Notes: generated by a model not told the origin, from the sequence alone. A stretch of 64,000 bases of DNA from Nemertoderma westbladi (GCA_032718475.1 JAUCBJ010006938.1:87026-151025); one strand, 5' to 3'; positions 12,480 through 26,100 are shown, counted from the stretch's first letter. Made by a program: numbers and translations.

Positions 12480-13028
12480 TCGAGCCCCAATAGGGCGGGT
12501 TGATATTTTTCGCTTTGGAGAGCATTATCATATTGTCCTATTTACATTGTATATTTAATACACCGCGTCACTCACCCCACAACAATTCACTTATTATTTG
12601 TAATTACTGTTTGGGTCACCAATATGTAAGGTGCTACTCAAGCTTGAAATTCGAAAAAGAAGTTGTATTAATATTGCCGAAACAATTATCTATTAATCAG
12701 AGTAAAATTACTAACTGATTGGTTATCTTCTTTCCCTAACCCCTATCAAGTGTTGCACTACAGTATATACAGATGAATTACCCTTCTCCAGAACATACAC
12801 AAAAGATTAAACCAAAATAATTATTTAGCAAGCAATATGCAATTAACAATTAGTCCGAATTGCACAACATAAAATCGTATACTATGTAACCTTGACTTAT
12901 GTTTGAAATTAAATTAAAAATAAATTTTTATTATATATTTTAAGATCAATGCCTTTAATATAAATAATTAAAAATATATTTTAATATAATTTAATAAATA
13001 GCCAGTGACTAAATATATAAATACAATA

Positions 13029-13302
13029 ATGTTTGGGCTTACCATCCTAATCTCGGCCAATGTGGTAGGATTTTCGCTTGGTGATATTTACATCAATAAT
13101 TTCTGTACCAACCAAACCCCACTTGGAGTTTCTACTAAAGCCACAACTTCCTACGACTGCAGCATTGATTGCGAGAGGAATCATCAATGTCGGTCTTTCA
13201 CCTTCACTGACAGATGCCAGATATATGAAGAGGATTGTCTGGCAGATATGGTCAACTGGGATGTTGAAACTTTGGGGAGACGTTGGATCAACAAGAAAAA
13301 AG
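13029..13302 (+). CDS. Host gene exon: signal peptide plus PAN/apple-like domain
   Basis: ATG at 13029, hydrophobic MFGLTILISANVVGFSLG, DCSIDCERNHQCRSFTF...CQIY PAN pattern; GT donor at 13303, phase 1. Confidence 0.72.
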
Positions 13303-13384
13303 GTTAAATGAATTAATATAGAATATAACATATCGAATATATAATATATATCGAATATAATATCGAATCAACTCGTATATATTT

Positions 13385-13859
13385 CATCGAAACCAGAGCC
13401 CCAAAAAAATCCGATTGCATAAAAAACAAGTTTCAAACAATCAATTTACAAAATTGTCATATTTCCAATTCTGGTGCTGGCATCAAAATTGGGCCTCCGC
13501 CGAAAAATACAAGTTTGAAATTTCTAAATCAATTTATATGAATTCCATCCAATTGCTATCACCAAAAAACCGGTGTAAATCAAAAATATAGATGTTACAA
13601 TTCATATTTAATGAAATGTAATTTTCAAAAAACGTCTCAAAAAAAGTGCCAAAAGTAGGGTTAAAAAATGGTGCTATAACTCGAAAACTACCCAATATTT
13701 TTGAAAACGGTTTTCACTACTAGGAACGAAGACAATAGATTTTTAGGAAAAGTCATAAAATTTCAGATTCCCAACTGCGTTTGCTTCAGAATTATAATAA
13801 AAAAACCACGGGGGGGGGGGGGGGTCATATTGACCCTCCCCCGGGTTTAATAGGGTTAA
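13385..13859. mobile_element. piggyBac-like MITE fragment (one end visible; left boundary approximate)
   Basis: Ends ...TAGGG|TTAA with subterminal GGGTCATATTGACCC palindrome; no matching left terminus found. Confidence 0.45.
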
Positions 13860-14019
13860 ACGAAATTTTTCATGCTTGCTACACATATCTCTAAAATAGT
13901 CTTTTCAGATACCTGGATACCGATTATATATACATTACATTCATTATTGACATATATTGTCTAAACCTTTTATGTATCCCGATTTCGTCAATAGTTTTTT
14001 AGGCTACGCCCTCCCTTTA

Positions 14020-16760
14020 TCATGGCCGAGGAGTTTCTCCAACACCAAAGTGATATTTTAGCGATTATGATAACTGTCAAGATGAAGAAATGAAATGTAT
14101 AAACATGAGCGAAGAACAATCCTTAACTGACCACCTTTTCGCAATGAATGTGCTATACACAACTTCACTGGGCAAACTAGTTGAAATACAACGGGAGCTG
14201 TTGGAGTCAAAAGATAATGTTTTAGCTTGGGGTCAAGCAACAGGGGCTGTAGAAAGTACAACAGCATCACAAACCGACGTCAACAAGAAAATTAAGACTT
14301 CAAGAAAACAGGCTACCAGTAAAGAAAGTATACCCGAGATCACATGCACGACAATGGAGCCGGCGCATCCTCGGGAGAAAACAAATGATGTGACAACACC
14401 TGCGAGTGAAGCGGTGCGGAATAGCGGGCCAAATACTTGGCAAACAGTGGAACCGAGACATCACAACATACACCACCAGTCACCGGCACTAAATCGGGAA
14501 CAGGCTTGGGAGTGGCCCCTCCTGCTAGCCAAAACAGGGATTCCCAAATAGCACATGTCTTTGTAGGTAACTTTGTACCTTCAACAACCAGCGACAATGT
14601 TAAACAGTACTTAGACAGGGAGGAGCTAAGCTACCGAGATGTTACCCCGATCACACGTAGTACACAAGGTAGCACGGTAGATAACACACCTACGAGTCAG
14701 GCCTTCCACGTGTAATCAGTCGGACATGGAGCATATCCTTAACCCAAACAACTGGGAGGACGGGGTTCGCATCAGAAAATATCGCCTCACAGCCACGGAA
14801 CGTGCATCGTTCTCTGTGAAACCACAGACTCGACCTGATGCAAGGAAGAGCAATGGCGATATCACTCAGGTGGCAAGTCAGGGGTCTTCCTCGGCCATTG
14901 ATAGTCGACCTTCAGCCGACTATCAATATATGACAACCCAGGGAGGTAGATGGGTCGGTGACTATATGCAGTGGATGTGCTAAACCCTACCGATACCAGG
15001 CGAGCCCACACAGGCACTAGAAACTATGTGCCCGATTCCAAGCAGATATCAACCGGAAAAACTTCGATGAACTACCTTTCTCAAATCTAGAACACAGGCC
15101 CCCCTATCTGGTGCTAGACAACAAAACACCATGAACATACTACTATGGAATGACGAAGGAGTCAAGTCAACCATCAACACCACAACATATGATACTTTTG
15201 AAACAACAGACATACTACTTCTTACAGAGACAATGGCCAAACATACAGACATCCTAGGGTTCACATGCCATGATACGGAATGGTTGACCGTGGTTGACCA
15301 TGGACGGCCATGCGGAGGCCTATGTATTGCAGTCAACACGAGGCTACACACCACACAGAGAGTCCTTTTTAGGAATGACAAACTGGTTGCCCTTGATACC
15401 AAGCACATAGCTATGTGGTTATTATACTCTACAAACGGACATTTCTGATATCCTCTTGGATTTAGTTAATGCATTGAATACAGTCCGTGCCAAGTCGAAA
15501 ATGTCTGTAATAGTTTGCGGGGATTTTAACTGCAGGGTAGACAAATATTGCGACCGTGGAGAAATGCTTTGCAATGGGCTCCTTGGTGCTGGCTTGCACT
15601 GCCTCAATGACCCGAAGATCCCAACATATATATCGTGGAATGGGGAGAGCACAATCGACTTATTGTTTACCGAGGAGGGGCTCATTGTGAGCGGATTCAA
15701 TTCCGCCTCACTATCCCCATAAAGTTGGGAAGTGGCGCCCTTTTTCAGCAATATTGGAGATACGAGATTGATAGTAACCAATCTCGTATCACACCCAATA
15801 ATGGGATAACACAATCCCCAAAAGCCACACAAAGGGAGGTTAGAGGTCAAACCACCTCGAGAGGGCAAATAACCAACAGCAGGGGGGGGGGGGGGGGGCA
15901 CTCCCATAGAGGTGAGATGCGTGAAGTAGGTTATAAGCCAATGGGAGATGGGGAAAGTATCCGCTGGACAAAGGCCACTGTAGTGTAGAAGTGACTAGAT
16001 ATATATTATCAGTGTATTGACATACCAATTTAGTTATCTCAGTCATCAGTTCAGTGCAGATCAGTGATATTTTATACCGTCATCATTACCAATACATATT
16101 TACCGGTACAGCATATTATCAACCTTAATGCTACCAATTTATAACCTTTTACTGCGCTATCACGTAAATTCATTATCTAATATCAAGAGACATTAATTAA
16201 CTGCTATCATTTTACTGCAACGGCCTCGGCCTAGACATCACCCTAAGGTAAACTCGGCGACGCGTAATAATAAATCCGGTCGGGATCCCTTGATCCCGTC
16301 ACACTCATTGACCACATGATGGTGGAGGTGATGCCGACAATGAACACCAAACACCAGCGTATCTCAGCTTGTATTCAAATGGACTCCAGCATATCAAACA
16401 GAAATACAAGAACCCCTGCAATAAAACGCATTGACGTGGATGTTCTGGGCAGCACTCTGAATATCGAGGATTTCCAAGAACTTCTTAACTCTGACATTAA
16501 CATGGCTTGTACCTATCTAACTGATAAGATCTCAGAATCTGCAAAAGCCCCTAATAGAAGGGAAGGAAAACCATGACTTGACCAATCGTGCTACTTGGCC
16601 CGCAACGAACTCCGCAGAACATATTTGGAAATGAAAAGTAATTGTAATCAACAAACTCGAGATAAATACAGACTACTTCAGCGCAGTTATACCCAATTGA
16701 TAAAAGATAAACGCAAAATCTACGAATTCCATCAGGAACTCAAAGTGAATAAACCCCTAG
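14020..16760 (+). mobile_element. Decayed L2/CR1-like LINE (ORF1 plus APE endonuclease), split by a solo LTR
   Basis: ORF1-like VFVGNF...WEDGVRIRKY; APE motifs ILLWN, LLLTET, GRPCGGL, VCGDFN, PTY, STIDL and DH (after 16308); stops and frameshifts. Confidence 0.72.
15686..16303 (+). mobile_element. Solo LTR (618 bp)
   Basis: TGTGAGCGG...GATCCCGTCACA; 5-bp TSD CTCAT; termini shared with 49831-50453 and 52214-52737. Confidence 0.88.
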
Positions 16761-17398
16761 ATCCCTTCCTATAATAATTGTATAATAACAAACTAGTTAA
16801 TTACATTTATTTATTTATTAATATAATACTCAATTTTAGTGTAATTTTTAATAGTTAGTGGAAATTTTAATTTCATATGTTTGGACTAATAAACATTATT
16901 ATTATTTATTTATAAAAGTTTTTTTAGCAAAAAAAGATTTTTTAATTTTTTAGCAATATTTATCATATCTGTACCATGATAGCATTTTCCCTGAAAACGG
17001 CCATATTCAATGGTAAAATATAGTGCTGCTCGAAGGCTTGTCCGAAATCAGACTATCTCTTACATTTTGGCTCTTAACTTGAGATTTGAAATCTCCTTTA
17101 CATTCGGCACATGATATGATAAAAAAGTTTATTTTGACAATTTCCAAAAAGGAGGGTAACCCCCCCCCCCCTCTTAAAGAAATAATATATAAAAATAATA
17201 ATAGATTATATTTTTAATATTTTTAGTAACAATTATTAATGTTAACGCAAAATATACAAAATAATTAATATGAAATTAAATGTTATAAAATATATATTTA
17301 TATAATAATAATTTAATTTAATTTAAAAAGAATGGATGTAAAATTTCACTTTGATAAATGACTTAATTATATTAGAATTATTTTTCATTTGCTTATAG

Positions 17399-17683
17399 TA
17401 CCATGGGCTGGCTCATTTACCTCACCATGTCACACCAACTACATCGGAGATGTTTCTCTAATGAAACAGAACGAGATTGGCAATTATACAAAATGCATGG
17501 CAGGATGTGGCAGTATTACACAATGTATTGCTGCTGTGTGGGCCTGGGACGACGAAGATCTGACAGCCAAATTATGTCTGTTCGAAAATCCAACAGTTTC
17601 TGATACAAATCTAAGCAACATCATTGATACATATGGAGATAATGTGGCATTCTTTGACAAGGTGGACAAAATCGAATTTCAAT
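17399..17683 (+). CDS. Host gene exon: second PAN/apple-like domain
   Basis: ttttcatttgcttatAG acceptor, GTAAGT donor, phase 1-1; KCMAGCGSITQCIAAVW...LCL. Confidence 0.75.
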
Positions 17684-18057
17684 GTAAGTTAGTTTTACAA
17701 AATATTCCCATTTTATCAAATGTTATTAATTAATATATTATTTAACAGTTTCAATAATTGATAATAATTTCATGGGGACAGCAACCATGCCGACCATCGG
17801 TCTATTCATGGATTCACGGTCTATTCACGGGATGACGACCGAAGGAATTCAATGGTAGAAGAAGGAATAGAATAGGAGCTGAGCATTGATTTTTTGATGA
17901 ATTATGAAGTATTTATTTGAAGAACATAGAATAGACAATATACTCCGGAACAATAGAAACACTTAAAATACTTATATTGTATAAAACTACAACTACTGTA
18001 ATATTATATTATGGATTAATTATATAATTGATAATAATTGAATATTTTATTACCCAG

Positions 18058-18189
18058 GCCCAGTAGAGGATCCGTGCCTTGTTTGCCAAACTGGTATAGA
18101 ATACGTCTGTAAGATAACAAAAGGACTGGTTACTGACTGCAGCTGTGCTGAGGGATACGCTCTTGATGAAGGCGATGGTTCCTGTAAAG
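18058..18189 (+). CDS. Host gene exon: EGF-like domain
   Basis: tttattacccAG acceptor, GT donor, phase 1-1, open frame: (C)PVEDPCLVCQTGIEYVCKITKGLVTDCSCAEGYALDEGDGSCK. Confidence 0.8.
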
Positions 18190-18488
18190 GTTATACGATT
18201 ATTATATCAATTACTTTCACGAATATAGAATGTGACGAAAGGTTTGTGAGTCAGGCCTTGAGGATGTTAACGTGGTTTGAAACCAACAACGGCAAGCTAA
18301 TGGCATGGGCCAGAGCGAGAGATAAGTTTGCAGCTGCTGTAAAATCTAGCCCGAAATTTTCAGAAAATAGTAGCGATTTTTAAGTGATTTATATGTATTT
18401 ATGAGAAAATATAATTTAATGTAATTTTTTATATATATATATATATAGTATAAATTATGTAGGAAGATATATTACTTGAATATATAAC

Positions 18489-19728
18489 TGTTCGCGCTTT
18501 CAGACATTTAGCAGTTTAACCTGCCAATTTTAGGTGTCCTCTTGTTTATAAATCGACTTTAGCCTATAACAATTATTTAATGCACATGAAGTAACATTAG
18601 CCAAAGCCAGTCTATGCGCGATCATTCACCCACAGTTAAGGGAGACTGGATTCGGATGCTTGGACCTTATTGCGTTGCAGACCTACTGTATTATTCGATT
18701 GATTGTTACTATATAATCTCTGACAATATTATTCACTTTCAGGGAAATATTAACAGTTCCTTTAGGACGTGGCGCTTTAAGTATAAAACAGAGTTATGAC
18801 TTATACTAAACACAACGAGATGGCTAATGATTTTCGTAAATGGCGCATTCTTTAGGAGATGCTTTATTATCTGTCACACTGCTGCATACGATTTCACACT
18901 GCTGCACACTGATCTGCCGACCGTCACTGAATTTGATCATATATAAGGAGGATAGCCACTGACACATGTAGGGATAATGAAATAGCATTTACTGCACACT
19001 AAAACCAATGTAATGTAAGTCGCAGTTGCTACCGGTAACCGGTCCCTCTAACCTTTAGTAATCAAGAAGATTGGGGTTTTATGATTATTTATCGATATTC
19101 TCCAAATATAACAACATATCCATCAACATATAACCATTAATAACAGACAGTAAACAGAAGTACAATAATGCGGTGATATTCAGCCAGTATCGGTAATACC
19201 GGTACCGCAGTTGCAGGTGCAGTATCAAAGTTGTTCAGTCAGTGCAGACTGCAGTTTCATCAGTCAGTGATTCAGAGTCAGTTGCAGTCATCAGTTGCAG
19301 ATAATAGATTTACGTTCTTGTAATCCAAAGCCGTCTAATGTTGGCCAAAGTCTGAAACTTCAAACACAGAAGTACAGAAGAATCCTAAGCCGGTGTTCTG
19401 GGCTTAGAAAAGATATACACTGACTGAATTGCGTGGGTTTCTGTAGGCACTGTCCAACACAAAGAGAAAATCGCTCTGATTGGTCGAGCGAGCCGAACAA
19501 AGAACAAAGAAAAGCTCCATGCTGGCATTAAATCAGCTGACAGATGTCGTCATCTGAACTACACTCTATTTAGAGTATTTGGCGTATTGCGGCATAAAAT
19601 GGCTTGTTATGTCCGCTAAAACACCTACAGGGTACATTGCGGAGAAAATGGCTTGTTATGTCCGCTAAAACAACTAAACAGTTCATTGCGGAGAAAAATG
19701 ACTGGTTATATCCGCAAAAGCTTTTACA
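18489..19728 (-). repeat. BEL 3' LTR
   Basis: TG...CA, direct repeat of 32600-33840; purine tract GGGAGCGG adjacent on the - strand. Confidence 0.95.
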
Positions 19729-19999
19729 CCGCTCCCAGAAAATGGGATTTAATTCTATAAAATATAAAAATCACAGTTTCTAAAATATAAAAATACTCTA
19801 AACAGTTAGTCTTTCTTACGCGAACGGCATTTACGCAGTTTTTTGAGGCTAGCAAGAGTCCTTTTCTCTTTGGGGCGAGCCACTTTACTAGGAGGGCCAA
19901 TACTCCTGGGTGAAGGGTGCAATACAATTGCATCGGAAGGTTTTAGGATTATGGTCGGTGTATCTGCCGGTCGAGGTACCCGGTTGATTGGTATCAACC

Positions 20000-21226
20000 T
20001 CAGTGGAATGAGGTCGAACAACCTTGAGAGCGCGTTTTAAGACAGCGGCTCTTACTGGTTCCTGACGGGTCGTTTGCACGAGTGCGGTAGGTGGACCGTG
20101 TGTAGTGAGAAATTTCCTCGGTTTGATGGTTCTTTTCGACTCGCGTTCTCGGGCTCTGTGGAAATCGATATGCTTCTCCTCGAGCTGATTTTCCTCCGCT
20201 TGTCATTGAAAGCATTCGTCCAAAACTCTTGCAGAGAGTAGGGTCGTCCAAGTTCGATATCTTCTTAGGGATTCTGTGTTTCCCGATTGAACTGAGATAA
20301 AGCTAATTCGTTTACCGCTTGGACTTGCTGCTACAATTTACGTTTCTCTGAACAATCGTAGGTTCCTTTTCCGATCTTTGTCGAATAGTGTCTAACGCAT
20401 TGCGTACAACTCTCTCCTCCACCTCGGTGACAGGTTGTATCGGGGTTAGATCGGGACGATTATACGGGTTGAACGGCGATATTAAATGTCCGCGTCCCAA
20501 TCCGGCTAGGTAGGATGGGCAAATATCTAGGGAGCCCATAACCGGAGTGCCACCGACTAATTGTTCGGGTAACACCAGATCTTTGAACAATGAGTACAGT
20601 TCAGGAGGAACCATCATACTATTAGGATCAAGAGAGAGTCTGAGGTCTCACCAGGGAATGAGGAGGTCTGACCGATTATTCCGGAACTCTGATCATCGGT
20701 TTATTTAAGGATCGTTTGCGTCGAGCGAGCCTAGGTGATGCGTCAAACAAGTTTCGCACAAAACTCCCGTAAGTATAGCGAGTAAAAACTGTGTTTAGCG
20801 CAACGTCTCCGCGGATGTTTATGTCTTTCCGTGTGTTGGTTGGGTCTAGGGCATTCATCGTAATAATACCAAAGACGCACGTCTTGTAGGGGAAACGCTG
20901 GTGATCTTTCTCCAGTTTTACAACATCTCTCTCAAGAATTCCAAATATACTTTGAAGTCTCTGCATTTATCCAGTTCTTTAACGTCTTCTCTTTCGAGTT
21001 GGTTTCGAATAGAATTTTCGTGTTCGATTCTCAGTTTGTCGTTCTGACTCCGCTGGGTATGATATTTAAATAGGATCATTTCCCTTTCGGTGTCTACATC
21101 GTCCATATCGTGTAAATCGATAGGATGGCCAGTAGTAAAGAAGTCTATATACGTACCATTACGATGCGTATAGCGAGCGGTGAATTTTCTATAGACCAAT
21201 TCACGCGTGAGTTGTTCCTTGGACAT
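20000..21226 (-). pseudogene. Extra ORF(s) downstream of the BEL integrase, function unknown (broken into 4 frames)
   Basis: Collinear ORFs 20918-21226, 20676-20966, 20312-20617 and 20000-20251 in element sense, with coding-like composition amid AT-rich DNA. Confidence 0.5.
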
Positions 21227-22189
21227 TGGTGGTTCGATATAACGGCCATAGTCCTCCGTAGTAGAGGGACTAGCGTCACCGCGTATTAAACTATCAACAA
21301 CGCTTGCAATGGTAGGGTATATCGCTCCCTGATACCAAGATCATCTTCTATCAACTCAGACATAGCTGCTATATGAGTTTATCAATATTATAATTAATTA
21401 TAATTAGGCTAGCGGGCGTCGCTGCCTAGCCATCACGGCCCCCGGACAGCGCAAGATCCTCAGCGCTGATGTACTGTCGCCGCTGTGTCTATCGCCAACG
21501 TAGTAGCTGCACAACGACAACAACAACCAGCGCGAGTCACTCCACTGTCCGTCCCAAGGGCTTAGATTTATTTCAGGTTCTTACTGCAGGGTTAGGGCTA
21601 CTTTCACAACTGCGACTCACTACTGTAAACACACTTTAGTAGTAACATTCACCTATAAATGCACAAATTCCACACAACTGTCACAAATTGTACACATTCG
21701 GGCCATTTGTCTGTTAGTCAAGTGCCTTCCAGAATGCCACGTTATTATTATGTATCCCTGGATACTAGCAGTGCGCTATTTATGCCGTATGCTATTCAAT
21801 GGGGCAAGCTTTTTATTGTTCTTTTAACTCACTTCTAATTCTAGCGTGGTTGTTGCCATGGTGACATTATGGAAAGCTAGCAGTAGAATTAGGGTAATTC
21901 TCATGCATACAGATCTGGGATGCTATTTAATAGTAATTCTTTAATTGTCAATATTCCCCTTTATACATGATTTTATGAATTTTATCGGCTATTGACTATA
22001 TATTGGAGATTCTCGCACACTAATACACTTAATAGGGTGAATCTCCGCTCCCATGATCTATTAATTAATGGAATTTTGGGAATATTATAAATTGTATAAA
22101 ATAACAATTTATCAAATTCATGAAAGGATATGAATTTAAATTTATTCCCATAAATTTTATTATTGAATATGGAATAAACACAATTTTAT

Positions 22190-22570
22190 TCCAGAGCATG
22201 TCTGGGGACTGGGATCCTTCATTCTAGGAAATTTGTCTTTTTAAGAGTATCGGTAAGTGCTACGATATTTTAATCGACTAGAATTTTAAAGGATCTAATT
22301 TTAAACAGATTTTAATTTATAAATTTTCTTGGTTTACAAACTCCTTAGAGTTTATTTGTGTGTATTTATTCTATTATAACATTTGTTTTAATAGATTTTT
22401 ATAAATATTAACTATGTAATATTTAAGATGGGCACCGATTTATTCCAGAACATGTCTGGGGACGTTAACCACTGATTCTAGAATTTTGTCTTTCAAGTAT
22501 ATCGGTGGGTGCCGCGATATCTTAATCGACTAGAATTACAGATGGTCAAAGGGTTTAACAGATTTATTTG
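22190..22570. repeat. Diverged direct repeat of about 130 bp in the BEL 3' non-coding region
   Basis: TATTCCAGA.CATGTCTGGGGAC...TTAATCGACTAGAATT at about 22188 and 22441. Confidence 0.7.
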
Positions 22571-23199
22571 CGTTGTACGCTACTGTTAAAGGGACTTCAC
22601 GCTACTATATGTATTATTTAATATACGGTATGAGAGCAATATTGCAATAAGCAATGTCAGTGAGAAGAGGCAAGTCGTTTCCAAGGTCTACCCAGAGCTT
22701 GGTTTAGCCGAGACACGAGGATCTGAACTTTGCATTCCTAATACTCTACTTACCAATAATACTTGAGTATAGTAGGAGCTTTATTGTACTTTAATAAGTA
22801 CGGACATTTCATCTTACTGTAATCACGTATTTATAATATGATACGGACAGTAAGGAAAGAGAAAAATAATTATTTCTCGCCGTTGCACTAAATATATATA
22901 ATATATATAAGTAATTAAGTAATAAACGCGAATATATATTGCACTATTCTACTAAATAACCACTAAAATAACATTCTACTAAATAAAATTAAAGAAAACG
23001 ATTATTATAAAATTACATAATAATACATACCTAAATATAAGAATAATAAAAAACGAATATAAAATAATATGGTCATACACCCACTCCAGACGCTGTTATG
23101 TTGGGGAGTCCCTAGATGTCTGTTGGATTAGGGAGGTGGTCGTGGGAAGTGTATCTTGCCTTCCATAGTTTCCGGACAGTTCTCTGTCTCTCTCCAGTA

Positions 23200-26100
23200 A
23201 ACATAAACGACCAACTGGGCGATTGAGCTGCTGCGTCTCGAATACAATTCCCGGTTTCTTAAAGTTACGTCGCATGACGACGAGTTCTACCGATCACACT
23301 AAACCGTCATCTGAGATATGAGTCTCGATGATACGACCTGTCTGCCACCGCTTACGTGGAAGATCTGTTTCCACAATAAGGACCATGTCTCCGGCGCTGA
23401 CGTTTTCTTGCTGCGCAAACCACTTGGTTCGAAGTTGTAGCGTGGGCAGATAATGTTTTTCGAAATGGTCAGCGAAACGACGGGATAATAACTGCATAAG
23501 GTGCCAAATTTGTCGGCAGTATTCGTCTCCGTCCGTGATTTCCGATCGTGGGAGCATGGCTACAGGTTTCTTCAGTAGGAAGTGCGTGGGTGTTAGCGCT
23601 TCCAGGGAGTCGGGACTCGATGAGACTGGCATAAGCGGTCTCTCGTTGAGATAGGCGGCGATTTCCTCCATTAACGTCCGCAAAAGTTCGTCGGTGAGAT
23701 ACGCGCGGCACGGCACTATAAAATGAAATGCGGTCTTCACGCTCATGATTAATCTCTCCCAACTTCCTCCCCACCAAGGGGTGTCGGCGGCGTTGAAGGT
23801 CCAGCTAGACGCTGTTACCCTTAGCTGATCGTCCACCTGTCTTTGGTTCCAATCTTTGATGTAAGCCTTGATTTCATTGTTGGCACCAATGAAGTTCGTT
23901 CCCTTATCAGATCTCATCGTGTTACTAGTTCCAAAGCGAGCGATCTGTCGGCGTAAGCTCAGTATAAAGCTGTTGGTAGACAGATCGTTCACCATATCGA
24001 GATGGATAGCTCTACAAGTCATACAGACAAAGATGATACACCATCTCTTGACTATAGTCCTAGCACGATATACTTCAATAGGGCCAAATAAATCCACACC
24101 GGTATTAGTGAAGGGTGGTTCATAGAAGCTTACTCATTCCCTAGGTAATTCTGCCTCTCGCTGTGTTAAAGGCCTACTGAATGCTTTCCTACAGGGTATG
24201 CAGTTCCTAAGAACTTGGTTCAGAGCTCTACGGGGTTTATGGAAATAATAGCGAGTTCGAATTTCGCTAAGAACTCGTTCTCTACCAGCATGGTAAAGCT
24301 TACTGTGAACATCTACAATCATCTTGATTTGTATTTCAAGATTTCTAATGAGTATGGGGAACTTAGTGTCAAAAGATAGTGGAGCATTAGTTAGTCTCCC
24401 TCCAACACGTATCAACCCATCTATCATTGTGCTAGAGAAACGATCCCTTAAGCACATCTGTGGATTTCTCAACAACAGGAAATACTTATCGGAATCTTCA
24501 TAGCATTGCAGGAGTCTCAGTATCTGCTTATTGGTTTCTTCATGCTCCTGGTAACTGATCTTCTCCTTCAGAAATCTGTCTGATATCCTGTATTTGGGAA
24601 GATCTTTAATAACATGGACCTGGGCAGATGTCAGTGGAGCGGTATCACTAGCGATCTTCGTCCTGGAGTAGTGATGATGAAAACATCGCTTTAAATACGC
24701 AACGGCCTTACAAAGCCGATTCCAGGAGTTATAGTGATGTATCGCTCTCTGCAGGAGGGGTGAGAGTCCCTGCGAGACGTCTGGTGTACCAGATTTCCAG
24801 TCTCTCTCTCTGATTTCCACAACAGACTTATTTGTGGCGGGGGATTTTGGATTCAAAGCGTCGTCTCCGGAAATGTGTAGTACAGACAGATCTATCACGG
24901 GTTTAAATAACTTCGATTTACTCACCCGGGTTTTAGGTTTGACTTTCTCCGCTCCCTTGGCTTGTCTAATCTTAGCTGTGGTAAGATGAGGAGGCCATTC
25001 ATCCTCTTCCTTGCTTAGGAAGTCGGGTCCACCTAACCAGTCTGGAGTATCTATCAGTTCTTGTGGAGTTGCTCCTCTGGAGGCGATGTCGGCTGGATTA
25101 ATCGTCCCAGGGCAATGTCTCCATTGATCTATCTTCGTGCGACTAAGTATAATGGCTACTCTGTTGGTAACGAAGACGCTGAACTGACAGACTTCATTGG
25201 TTATATACTCCAACACGAGTAAAGCATTGGTCCAATAGACAGTTTTCTCCAGTGGATAGTCGATCTGTTCTGTTACATTCTGGCCGATGGCTGTAGCGTA
25301 TAGAGCCGCTTTTAACTCCGCTCGAGGAACTCTCAGTTTGTTGTTTATCAAGGCCTTAGAGGTAACCAAGGCGACCTTAATTCCATCCGGAGTTTCAACC
25401 CTCAGGTAGGCTACTATACCTATTCCCATGTCGCTGGCATCTCCAAACACATGGAGTTGATAGGAATACGTGGGGAGAATGTGACCAAAATAAGAACGGG
25501 AAATCGTAAAATTCTCGATGGAGGGTAGAGAATCTTCCCATTTCATCCACTTCTTTAATAGTTCTCCCTTAAGTGGATCGTCCCACGAGTGGTTTTCAAG
25601 CCACATTTGTTGTACTAAACTCCGAGCAATCAATATAACTGGGCTAATAAATCCCAATGGATCGAAATAAGTGCCTAATAAATGTATATATCCCGTTTGA
25701 TGTTGTCGATAACCGCTTTGGAGAAGGCATCCTGGTTGTCATCAGCAGTGGTGCGCACTACTGAGCAGGCGTTTGAAGGGCTCGAGATGATCCCAAAAGC
25801 CTGGATGGTCATCCAGTACTCCACCGGTTTCTGGTTGAGGTCTCCTTCAGGCCACCACAGAAATCGTAGGCTGTCCCGATCCCTATCCAGCGCCTTAACT
25901 TGTAAGAACATGCCTTCTATATCAGAGGCAAAAGCGATCGAATATTGTCGTAATCTTAAGAGTATTCCCAACAAGGATTGGAGTAAGTTGGGTCCCGGCA
26001 ACAATTTGGAGTTAAGGGATTGGCCCATGTAGAGGGCGGAGCCATCAAATACTACCCAGACTTCGTTGGGTTTACCGGGTTTGGGAACGTAATGATGTGT

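Larger units (their letters stand above)
11784..12598. repeat. Two direct copies (period 368 bp) plus one inverted copy of a SINE/retrozyme-like unit; 12110-12598 forms a long palindrome
   Basis: Copies start at 11784 and 12152; arms 12110-12343 and 12365-12598 are reverse complements with a 21-bp spacer. Confidence 0.9.

Noticed and set aside
17749-17855. Possible extra exon between the PAN and EGF exons
   Set aside because: No recognisable domain, a weak donor with the wrong phase, and the flanking exons already join in frame
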